Shown: positions 9,701 through 20,500 of the stretch, one piece after another | Numbering within the stretch: the first letter of the stretch is position 1 | Layout: every line of letters begins with the position of its first letter | Source: a virus | Length of the DNA: 64,000 bases | Strand: one strand, 5' to 3' | IMG/VR virus record: IMGVR_UViG_3300021963_009201 | Coordinates: 32,001-96,000 of that record | Notes under the pieces: model-generated | Databases searched by the model: none | What the model was told of the DNA's origin: nothing | What the model saw: the letters and a program-made list of their open reading frames with translations, nothing else | Position numbers and translations under genes: made by a program

Positions 9701-11083
9701 GATGACGCCATAAAAATATTAAGACAAGAAGATGTAATTGATGCTTTAACTAAAGAAGGCGGGGCACTCGCGGAGGAGATTCGCGGCATTAATGACAATA
9801 TTGTAAGCTTTATATCGGATTACTTACTGCAAGGCGGGAAGATAGATAAGTTTGTTATAGACAATGAATTTGGGGAAAAGACAAGACTTAGTAAAGAGCA
9901 TGTAAATAGGATTAATCAAAAACTTATACAAAGTGGCAGAACTTTAGACGAGTTTACTGTGGAGGGTCCGCTCACGCAACGCGCACAAGCCGCATCAAGG
10001 ATTATGGAAGATATTGGAGATCAATATCGGATGATGAGGAGAGACATAGGTTTAGTTGATGGTTTAAAAAATCAACTTTTTGATTTAGATATAGAACGCG
10101 AAGCTGACGAGTTGATGACAATCGCTCGTGAAACTTACAAGGTTGATGACATTAGTTTCAGGTCAGCTTCGGCCTTAAATGACGCTATGGACTTGTTCGG
10201 TGAAATCCCAGATTTTAACGAAGTTTCAGATAGGGTCGGAAGAGCTCAAACTGAGTTTTTTAGGACCTTTACAGAAAGGTACGGGACAAGGTTAGATGAT
10301 GAAACTTTAGAGATTTCTGAACGCGGCCAAAAAGTGCTTGGTTCAATGATAAAGAGGCATAGCCTAACACCTTTAGGTGAGGGTTCTGGTAGTCTTTTTG
10401 GCGGCAATCTTAGTGGCGTTTTTAATAGCACACTACAATGGTATGACAATCTTGGTAGGGGAAATGTAGCAGGGGTTTCGGGCCAGCTAACGGTAGACAA
10501 TAAACTTGGTGCGATGCTAGAGGAAATTGATTCATACGATCGCCCGCAAGCTGTTTCAGAAGCAATTGATGCTGCAACCGGAGATATAGGTTCGGGACAG
10601 AGATCATTGATCAGATCCCGCGCTGCACGCAGGGCTTCAGAAGGTGTTTCGGATTTTGCTTCAAACACTAAAACAAAACTTCCTAAGATTTTAAGCCAGG
10701 AAGGATTAAACCTATTTAAGAATCAAACTTTCAAGAGGGGTGCGATAGCACTTGGTGGGTTGATGACATTTTCTGCTATATATAGGAAAATGAAAGACAG
10801 GACCCCCGAAGACATGCAGGGCCCACCAATGCTCCCCGGTGGCTCTTTTTATGACAATAATGCTGGCATGTACAGTCAGCAAATAATTAATAGTCCACAA
10901 AACAACCAAGGTGGCGGTACTACATATAAGATAAGGGCTTCAGGTAGTTTTGACGTAGATGCTTTATCTGGCGATATGGAAAACTTAACGGGTGCTCAAG
11001 TAAGGTCTAATAAATACGAGTCTCGCGGCTATCAGAATAAAAGCTCTAATATCGAACGTGTTATAAACGATTCTTTTAGGTGA
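6758..11083 (+). CDS. Putative divergent single-subunit two-barrel (double-psi beta-barrel) RNA polymerase, YonO/cellular-RdRP-like, possibly virion-packaged (1441 aa)
   Basis: Colinear motifs: AFDG (D310), FNVR...VKG (R384, K416), GGPDFDD (D702/D704/D705), KRTP (R726), LGEYSN (954-959), VIDALTK (993-999). Coupled to the previous gene by a TAATG overlap. Motif comparison by eye only. Confidence 0.55.
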   Translation: MVDYSDFDPRILRQTLSKISQKYPTFQFDFQNNVPTIRVGSETYNTPAEALEYIKKINLTQYDVFDSTIPSYLKSGQGANNFLMLEELSETLGVRIERLGMKSASVKQIEAINEVFSTGMDREGLFYAKNDNVTGLIFHQNGKKLKLNEILDLLENKGIHFDVSQKTFKRLRFLGNDYKFSASGLDLNAYFFEAAKTQRGMDLMNKAGYTFSDGGYKVASSRRIGDMSNLVGNVSAEYSGLPSEMSIKTQKNVLKAYKELNLGGALNTIQDISSLSDSDVTRYMLQLSSDEILESGKYIDSLNMVRRAFDGAVYARSSLAGKVAEQAMQRAAKMTQDMSDDIKSGRLIEGSVEHKSALRKIAATKRSAAELDPIVKHGGVFNVRIMGFNDVSAEDEFVNAIFGENVSKKGFSGQVKGNVYFEPDKQFEEALMSQMKGYNQDLVEYRGKLYSMDEMIATHKNLGLGTVITDAGMSGRNRKLVLDEIERKGGTVLSPRSIDVVTSKEARTVEVGFRQGSAMANRGAALSMEVQASGTKVFSEAQSFFADFELYDMDAIRRTNMQYVQKQIDYVKTDKILDDYARFRTTGESSGILRQLVDQADGIPGEASTVRAQQLLDMLDQGIAPSKNPLFAQMYTSAVNEFNPRKDMFHLLMPNVYQAQFTNELGRSSQVTRGSISYKKNLGFILNDLDYDKYYNAFGGPDFDDLLRSHLKWDRGSDSLIAIMKRTPSALGEIGVFSVDQNDQLMDEVLKNAAEVDDAIKGHIDSVKLLDAKINIKSSLQASANSATGVTGANAMQNLKSLSAVSDIVASPEVDAQRLASIMDEIDTLGSPTDDSLRYINDAIDSLGIGGQTVEDLEAEKALLRGGTRKDILRDYFERTHSAMESSEINKIRNRSLALSDEALQGIAKYGSVDELLANRMSRMSNQLITGIGDDFGSLTDESIEALTKSFGVLGEYSNLRMVLDSMKRVSDELGNAPNFGDDAIKILRQEDVIDALTKEGGALAEEIRGINDNIVSFISDYLLQGGKIDKFVIDNEFGEKTRLSKEHVNRINQKLIQSGRTLDEFTVEGPLTQRAQAASRIMEDIGDQYRMMRRDIGLVDGLKNQLFDLDIEREADELMTIARETYKVDDISFRSASALNDAMDLFGEIPDFNEVSDRVGRAQTEFFRTFTERYGTRLDDETLEISERGQKVLGSMIKRHSLTPLGEGSGSLFGGNLSGVFNSTLQWYDNLGRGNVAGVSGQLTVDNKLGAMLEEIDSYDRPQAVSEAIDAATGDIGSGQRSLIRSRAARRASEGVSDFASNTKTKLPKILSQEGLNLFKNQTFKRGAIALGGLMTFSAIYRKMKDRTPEDMQGPPMLPGGSFYDNNAGMYSQQIINSPQNNQGGGTTYKIRASGSFDVDALSGDMENLTGAQVRSNKYESRGYQNKSSNIERVINDSFR

Positions 11084-11087
11084 TATA

Positions 11088-11525
11088 ATGTTACAGAACC
11101 AATTAAATAAATATAAAAACGCAGTCGGTAAACCAAATGTTGGTTCAAAAATTTTTTCAAATGAACTTCCAAGGGTCCAGGAAATGTCGCGAAATTCTGC
11201 TAATTCTGGCTCTGTTAGGAATTTTGCTATCACTAAACAAAATAGCGCCCAGATTTCGGAAAGTATTATGGCTAGCCGTGGGCCTATGTCTAATGGCTCT
11301 GCTGCAGGGTTTAAGGGTGGAAAATCTGCACACTTAGAGATAAACGGCGGGGGTTACAGTGGCGCTAGTAGAAGGTTTCATTCGGTTGGGGGGATAGATT
11401 CGGTTGGAACTGGAATTATTCCTGCTAAAAAGATGAGAAAAGCAGTTACTAGAGATGTAGGTCGACTTTCCGAGACCTCTATGTCTAGGATGTCGAAGTT
11501 AAAAGTCTTAAATAGATTGGTGTAA
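11088..11525 (+). CDS. Small basic S/G/R/K-rich hypothetical protein (145 aa)
   Basis: ORF exactly fills the gap between two large genes; low complexity and basic, likely disordered. Confidence 0.7.
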   Translation: MLQNQLNKYKNAVGKPNVGSKIFSNELPRVQEMSRNSANSGSVRNFAITKQNSAQISESIMASRGPMSNGSAAGFKGGKSAHLEINGGGYSGASRRFHSVGGIDSVGTGIIPAKKMRKAVTRDVGRLSETSMSRMSKLKVLNRLV

Positions 11526-11526
11526 A

Positions 11527-14500
11527 TTGTCTGAATACAGTGCTGAAGATGTAATTGATGTCCTGATTATTGCGTTTGAATTTCCTCCTAGTGACGTTTA
11601 TGGGCCTATGGAGCGATACCTGCTTTCTATAGGTAAGGTGTGGATTCAGAGTGAGGATCCAATTGGCGCATCTATTAAGCTTACAGAAACCCAGGCGCTT
11701 AATGCTGTAAAGCATTTCTTAAAGAATAGAGAAGTAGTAGCAGGTGGAACCTCGGATGGTTCAGACTACGATAGTTCCTTACCTTACGACGAAGAAGTGG
11801 TAAAGAAAGCCTTAAGCGAGGCTAACAGGACTTCTCTAAGTGGACAAAGTTCAGATTCAATTAAACGAATTATACAAAATTTAGATGATTTATTTGGCTT
11901 TGGTGTTATTCTGAGGGAGAAAGAATCAATTGAAGGCATAGTATCTTTCCTACAGAGTCCTGAAGGAATAGGAAATTTTTCAAAACTTTCATATGACGCA
12001 AGGGTTGCCCTCAACAACTTACTGAGCTTAAGAGATAATGGAGATTTCCATTCGAAAAGACTTTATAACTTGGCGCTTTCTGTTCTACCCCAGCTTAATA
12101 GGCTTTTAGATTCTTATGTTGATCTTCAAAAAAAGGAAGAGCAGTACGTAAAAGATAATGGCGTAGATCCGACTACACTATTCGCCAACTCTTTTATGTC
12201 GGTTTTCAGTGAAAAACCGTTGCAGATGGCGCTTTTTTATAAGGAAAATACTCAAAGAAGAATTAGTGAAGCATTTGCGCAACAATTCCAAAGGCCAAAC
12301 AATGATCCGCAGCCCGTACAGCCTTGGGAAATGAGAATTGGCGGGTCAAAGTTTTTCGTGCCACCAATTGATGTGAAAGTTTCCCAATTTTTTAAAACTG
12401 GCAGCTTAACGGGTGGAGCTATACGTCAAGCTTCATCACCAAAGTTTAATTCGGGCCACAGCGAAACCGCCATACAAACAACTATCTATTTCCCTAGTTT
12501 AGAGTCAATATGGGGAATTATAACGAGTGAAGAAAAACCAGAAGTATTTTTAAATTTTGATGACATTAATAAAACGAGCGATAAAGATGTAGACTATTTC
12601 CTTTCATCGTTAAGGGGCTTAATAGCTCAATTTAAATATGCGCCATTCCTTCCTGTCCGGAATCAATACTTAAATCAAGCATGGGGGATTACTGGCGTTA
12701 CGCTCAACAGTATGACTATATCTACTGTAGAAAATTATCCTTTCTGTGTTGCTGTAACGCTTAATATGATGAAGTTTAACCATAAAGTTTACCTTCCAAT
12801 GGTTGAAGATTTTAATCAGGCGGTCCACTGGGGCAGGTTTAGGCAGTACATGGGCAGGGCCGCTATGGCAATGCAAAATTCTTATAATCTAGGATTTTTA
12901 ACTGAGAGTTTGTTTGGCGACATTTGGGATAAAATTCCTTTTATAAATAGAGACAAACCAAAACCAGATCAAGATACCTTTGATACATCGGACGTATCTT
13001 TTTCTAGGCCAACGAAAGAAGGTTGGGCAAAAGATCCTACTAGAATTAAGTTCTACTACCCGTCAAAAACACCAATGGAGATTTTTGCACCAGATGACTC
13101 TATGTTTAGGCAAGAGCGGGAAGATGAAACTGTTGGTAGTTCTGATTACGAAAGAGATAAATCCGCATGGGAGTTGCTCCTTGGTAAGCTAGGTATTGAC
13201 GTTGACGTATACCCAGAAAGCGTTTATGACAACGTAAAAAACTACTCTCAAAGATTTACAACTTACCAAAACGAATGGACATACCTGGGCCAGTATCTAA
13301 AGTTTAATAGTCTCGTTGTCTTAAATATGACTCAGGATAAATTAATCAAATACCTGAACGAAAGAATATCTACCTTAGAAAAAGAGGGTACGATTAAAAA
13401 TGACGCAGACAAAAATAATTATACTTCAGCAATCGTGCAACGTTGGTACGATTTTATGTTCGGTGGATTTAAAGACACTGTATTCTATAGGAAGCTTTTA
13501 GAAAATACCCAATACAGAAATGGCAGTTTTACCATTAACGAGTGGGACGTCCCGATGGAAGAAATGGCGTTTGACGCTAAAAGCGTTTTCGTACAAGGTA
13601 TCTCTGTATCGCTTTCTAATAACTTTGCGAAACACCAAGTACAACTCCAGGATGAGCCTACTTATCAACATATTGGCGGCGGTGATAATAGAGTCGATAT
13701 ATCAATGATCGTTGTAGGTGAAGATAATCTTATCAGAATTCGCAGGATGTTTGATAAAATTGGTGGACTAGCAAGGCTAGAGCACGCCCACGGTGTGCTT
13801 GGTTTCCTTGGTGTTAAAAATGAACTAACCGCACTTGCCGGTATGAAGTATCTAATGCCGCTGACTTATGAGGTTGACACTATACCTGGTTACCCACGCG
13901 TATATAATGTTAGGTTGTCTTTTATAGACTTTGACATTTTTCAGCAGAAAAGAGAAAAACTCTCTTCTGATCTCCAGGTTGGGCTCAAAGACCTTTTTGG
14001 TAAGCGCAACCCATTCCTCAGGGTAAAGCAAGTCTGGAGCAGGTTTAACGCCTATCCGGATTTCCCTCTTACAATTAGGGACGAAAAAGACGACAAAGTT
14101 ATTGGGACGATTGATCCAGATTTTTATTTCCGGGCTTTTACTACATTTGATGATGATTTAACGTATTGGGGGAGTCTTCCAAAAGGTGAAGAAAGCCCGA
14201 TTGCATCAATGAACTCTGATGGAACTTTTCAGATTAACCCAAAGAAGGATGATGTAACTGCAAAATTAGCACAAGCTTCAGGAGAGGTAAAAACTGAACA
14301 GTATACGGTTAACAAGAAAAATACTGTATCGACCTACCCATTAGAACTGTACTTTAATATGCTAACTACTGGTGACGGTCAGGATACGAGTGCAATCGTT
14401 AAGTTAGCAAACGCTGGTGAGCTTATAGTTGGGACCCAACAGCAAAACGAAGACCCTAAGTTCCCAACTACAGGGAAACCAGTAAAGATGACAGAAGACA

Positions 14501-17500
14501 CCGCTGTCGCTACACAAACTGAACCATCAATTGCTGGGTTAACGCCTGGAGCGCAGATACAAAACCCTTACGCTAATGCTACAAATGACCCCTCCACTCA
14601 ATATGAGTTAATCATGAATGACGCAAAGTACCGCGACATTAACGGTAGGATGATTAGGGCATTCCCAACCTACATGTTGTGGCTCATAGATGAGGGCGGC
14701 AGGTTTGGCGGTGTAAAGTTGTTTGATAATTTTTATGGTCTTCAATCAGTTGTTGATTTTTCCATTAATCGTTCTGAGGATGTGCTTGGCGATACGCTCG
14801 TGCTTCGATTGTCAAATCTTTATTCAAAATTGTCGACACAATATAAGGGCTTTGTTAAGAGGCAGGATGGAACTGAAAATATTGTTTTAGATGACGATAA
14901 TGGAAATACAATAGAATCAGTCGCAGATATTCCTGAGTATTTAATACAAACTCAAGAGAATATTAACAGCGGTATGGACGATACCTATATCGTTGAATTA
15001 GACAGCATCAGATTGAAGCCTGGGGTTCGTGTACATATGCGTATGGGTTACGGCGCTAACCCAAATTCTCTAGAGACTGTTTTTAATGGTGTAATAACAC
15101 AGGTTCAGGCTGGGGATATTGTAGAGGTTATTGCACAATCAGACGCGATCGAATTAAGTCAGTATATCAACACGACCAACAAGAAGGGTCACTCCGGTGA
15201 CATCGATGGGGCAATTGGTACGGGTTTTTGGCTTTCTGAGCCAAGGGACCTTATGGTTCGACTACTGTCTATGGGTTCATCTCGCTTCAAAGAGGGTTTT
15301 GCTCATGCTACTCGTGGGCAGATTTTCTCTGAAAGCAGATTTGGTATTCGTCATTTTGGAACAATTCTTTATGAAGCATTAACGCCAAACGAAAAAGAAA
15401 GGCACGACAAAAGGTATCAAGCAGTCACAAGCAGACTTCAGGCTGTTGCGGGGTCTGATAGCGTATCTAAAGTTCTTGGGGCATCTGCTGGTACCATCTA
15501 CGACACGACGGCGAGTGATAATGAGGATAGTAAAAACAGTTTAATAGGCGGAAGTTTCAGCGGGTTCTTAGGGCAAGGTGCTGTGCGGACTAGCACCGAT
15601 GAAAGCGGGAAGGTAAGCATGCCACTACTTGGCCTTATGCAGAGTATGTGGACTAATTTCTTTACAAAAAGAGATTTTGAAATTTATAAAAGGAATATTT
15701 ATCCAGGCAACGGAACTGGTGTAGCCCAGTATCTCGGTGGGGATCTATTGGATTCTGGCCCAGTTTTACTTGAGGCTGCAGGTAGCCAGGCCGCAACTGA
15801 CACTTTCTTTAACAAGGATGCTAAGAGCATTTTCAGTCAGTTTAAGAGTGGGGAGCCAGGAAAAGACTCAAGGGATCAAGTTATCCAAAACACTATACTA
15901 AACCTTTCGCTTAGTGGTGAACGAATTGAGGATCAAGTGAGTCCGCAGAATAACGCGGCGCCAAGTAATTCTGATCCCAATGCGCCAGCAAATCAGGGTG
16001 CAAGTGGTCGCGACCCTTCTAGCGTTACGGCCGCTACCTTGCTTCTAGGGTCTGTTGGGGAAGCCGTCTTGATGAAAAGGGGCGCGCTAAAAAACAATCC
16101 ACTTTTACAGGCTCTTGGACTGATACAAGGTGGGGAAGCAGACTCTGACTTAAATGGTTTTGATGAGGTATCCTTTAGGGCCCAAACCTACATGAAGACT
16201 GTTTGGGATATGTTTAAGTTATGTGCGGCACTACTTCCCAACTACATCGTAGCGGTCCGGCCTTTCGAGGATAGGTCAACGGTCTTTTACGGTAAACCTC
16301 ATTGGCTGTATACCTCCGGAGTGATACCGCTTTCTACAGGTGTGCCGAAGGACGATGATAAGGTAAAACCAGAAGGGCCAGACGCAGAGCTAGAGAGAAT
16401 AATGAGGGAAGCAACAAATCTTGCTAATCCTTTGGCGGATTTAGAAAACCAAATGAAGTTTGTTAAGGATATTTCTTCATCAAATCCATTCACAAGTTTT
16501 ACTGGAACTCAAGCACCAGGGACAACTAATACTCCTGATTCATCCAGCGAAGTCATGACGCTTCCACTGGAGTCGGGCGGTGCAAAAATTCCAATTAGGT
16601 CCGGTAAAGTTGTAATGGGCAAACATTTAGAAGGTTATAACTATAATGCACCAGAATCGAACCTAAGCGATGCGATAAGTCGTATGACCATTTCGGAAAA
16701 AGCAGAAATAGTTACCGAGTACGCTACAGCGCAAAAGGATGAACTGGCAAAAAATAGTTCAAGAGATCCATTAACTGGGGAATTTTCGCAAGAGTACATA
16801 AGAAGAATGAATGCCCTTGACGAAATTCTAAAGAATGCAATTGACGAAGAAGAAGAGAAAATTGACGACTTCATTAAAGATCCAGTCAATTCTGGGATAA
16901 GAGGAAGATTTTTATCGGATGCTAGTTCAGTACATATAGAGCTACCCCAACTGCCAGACGTCCACAAATATGCAAATTTTAGAGCTGGAAGTTTATTCGT
17001 CGGTTTTGAAAATGGCACCCCACAAATCACCCCTGAAGGTGAACAGTGGTATATAAGAATGCGTTGGCCTTACATAAATTGGCAAGATTACCTTAAAAGG
17101 CAATGGGAAAGCCCCGAATCTGGTACTGGCGATCCAAGTAAATATTGGGGTAAAAAAGTTGCAGTATCTTTACCTGATTCTGGCAAGGTGGTCGTATGCT
17201 ACGCCATAGATGGCGGTCCTATGGATCCGGCTTTTAGGGCTGAAGTTTCTCCAGATGTTTATTACGCTTTAGATTTAGCAGGATATCCACAGAAAGATTG
17301 CTATTTTGGTTTTGTAGATGACAATGTAAGACTTGGTCCGGTTGGTGGGTCGTTAAGCACAGAGACTGGACGTAGACTTGATGTGTCAAGTATACCAGTT
17401 CCAACAAGAGCAATAGTTGATGGCAGGTCTTACGAAACAATAGTTGACCCTGATCAGGCTTTTGAACGACTAACATCGGACACTAATGCAGAAACACTTT

Positions 17501-20500
17501 TTGGTGAGCAATACTACTTTATAAATTCATTCTTGTATGGCTGGCTTGCTGGTGGCGGAAATAATAACCCTAGGGCGTCAGGCTATTACGGGAACTTCGA
17601 CGATGCAAACAAGGAAAACGACGCCCAGTTTGCCGATAAGTATATCTCCCTTTTAGATAACGGAATAAAAGGTAGTATAAGGGCTGACGATAATGCTATT
17701 GGTGCCTTTGATATTGTTGGCGAAATAGCGAGGCGAATTTACGATGTGGACTACAATGAGCGTAGACTTGAACTATTGAAAGATTCGGACATAGCCAGTA
17801 ATTACCTTCGTGATACTGGCTTAACTTTCGACAAGCTAGTAGAAAAAGCCAATGCCAATTACGAAGCATTCAACAACGCCCGAAAATTTTATGGAGATTA
17901 TAAAGGGGATACTGAAACGACCGCAGAAGAAATTTGGGATATATTCAGAAAACAATGGCATATCAGAACTGATAAGGAATATCTAGAGGTTAAGGAAGCG
18001 GCAATTGAATTTATTAACCAAATCGGCTTACCTATAAATGATCCAAATAATGCTTTAGGTTTTGACGAAAATTGGTATGATGGTTCTACATCGGGTCAAG
18101 GTTTTGATAGCAGCGCTGAAAGTGAAGCTGTTGACAAGGTTATATTTAGCACTAATATGACAAAGATTGTTAATAATTTTAAAATGCTTATGTGGCGTCT
18201 CCCCTACGCCAGGGCTTGGCTAGTTATTACTACGGGAAGAACGCCAGATACTGGTGAGTTACTTGCCGCTAGTGTTGGGGCTTCAGTCGTTACCCTCAAC
18301 CCAGTTCCAGCAGTTGCTGCGTTAGCTACTGATGCTTTAGATGATAATCCTTTTGACTTTAAAAATAGTGATATTACAAAGCTATGGAGATGGTATTTAG
18401 GGCTTAATGCAGATGGGTATAAGAAAAACGATACTGCTGTTTCTGCGTTAATAAATGCGGCAGCATTAGATAATGAAAATAGCTTTAATGGTTTTAGTTC
18501 ACAGATTAATCTTTCCCCAGATGCAAAAACCGGCGCAAGTATATTTGCAAATGAAGCTTTAGTTGGTAGATTTATCGAGGCCTTAAAACACTACAAGAGG
18601 GTCGGTCTTAAGGGTAATGGAGCTCAGCAGGCAATTGAGAGAATTGGTCAAGTTTGGAACCAAACAATAGGAGCATTCTTTACATTAGTTAGTAGCGCAT
18701 TAAGCGGAGTTGTGGCAACATTCAGACTATCCCTAATGCAGATGGGCTATGGCATGGGAATGCTTGGAGCTATGCAACAGCAAGCTAATATCTTAAATCG
18801 TGCTTTAAATGACTCTATTTATTATAGTCTCGGCGAACCTGGTTCTGCGATATGGCTTGCGGACAATCCATTCACTAGAGAGTATGGGGAACCGGTTATT
18901 GAGATTAGGGAGCCATTCCAAAGATTCCATTACATTAATTCTTTTCAAGATATTATTGATAATGGGATTCAAGAAAAACTTGATAATATACCAACTGTGG
19001 TCACAGCTAGTTCGGATGGCAAGTACCCTGTTACGGTTTATTTCGATAAGGGAACTTCTCCCGAGAAGCAGTTTGAAGTGGGAATTGAGACAGGACTTTT
19101 TTGGGACAATGCAAGAGGCAGTGGTTTTTTCGGTTTCCTGCATCCTCTCTTGCACCCGTTTGAAACAATGCGCGGTTTAGCTAAAAGCGCAAGCGGCTCA
19201 TCTGACGAAATCCTTTCGAGAAGAGTTGGGCTATCGTATCTCAAAGAATCCCTAAAAGACATTTATGGAGGCGAAGTTGTAATCATTGGTAGGGCCGATA
19301 TACGTCCGCACGACCTTGTGTACCTCGCCGATACGTACGAGCGGATGTACGGAATATTCGAGGTAGAGGCTGTTACACACCATTTTACTAGCGACATGGG
19401 TTTTGTGACAGCAATTACACCAAACGCTGTTGTTACAGTAAATGACCCTGCGCGCTGGGTGTACCAATCCTGGATCTGGGGTCTTTTTGGGGTGCAGAAT
19501 ACAAGGAATCATGTAAGGCACCTTCTCTCGGTAACGGCCGATAGGTCTTCAAGAGTTTACAACGATGTTCTTGCTTTCGTAGACAGTAATGGGGAAGTTG
19601 ACATGAGCGGCTTCGCCGAATCGATTGAGGACACAATCCGCGGTAGTGTCCAGTTTACTGGTGGAAATTCTGGGCTAGTAAAAGATATAGCTTCTCATGC
19701 CGCCGCAGGCTACGCGGTTCCTAGTGGTTCTTCTTACAGTATAGCTCCAGATAGTTGGGAGCAAAGCGCCCAAAATATAGGAAGCCTTTTTTCAAGTCCG
19801 GGAGCAACTTTTGCGTCTTGGATTCCCGGAGTGAATAAGTTGCTTGACGTAGCTTGGGAGGGTTGGACATGGGTTAGGGATAATCTCCTTGACCAGCATG
19901 GGTGCTATATACAGTATTTAAGCAAAGATGGGCAACCAATGGATGCAGGCCTCAGTTTCAATCAGGGTGTCGCGGTTGGTCATCATCACTCGATTAATTT
20001 ATTACCTGGAATACTTGGGGTTGAAGTTGACACGACCGAAAATGGTCATAGGCGTATTACAATTAACGACCTTATGGGTTCACTTGGTTGGAGTGAGTTA
20101 GAGATATCCAGTATTCAGCGGCAGGTTAGCTGGTGGAACAATTATTGGAATGCGCGCGTGCTAGATTATGCTGGCAAGGGACCAGACCCTGTTACTCTTA
20201 CTCGCCCTAATGCCTATTTAGCAAAGGTTATAGCTATGAGTACCGACGATGATGACGGTAATGGCATAGTCGACGGCGATACGTTCTCTTGCCAAAAGCT
20301 AGACGCCGATGGCAACCTAACTGGGTCTACATTTAAGATTCGTTTAGCGGGTATTGATACTGCAGAGCTTGATTTCAAGCAAGATATCCAGAGAAATGAT
20401 TCGTCGCAAAAAGCCTATATTGCACGGCAATTTTTGGAGAAACGTTTGATTACGGATCAAGTAGCAAATGGCCTTGAGCCAATTGTCGCAGTTAGGGAGT

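Noticed and set aside
11081-11090. TGATATAATG (extended -10 lookalike) overlapping the start codons at 11088 and 22869
   Set aside because: The hexamer includes the ATG itself, so it cannot drive these genes. No start codon lies 6-7 nt downstream, and paralogy fixes the 22869 start.
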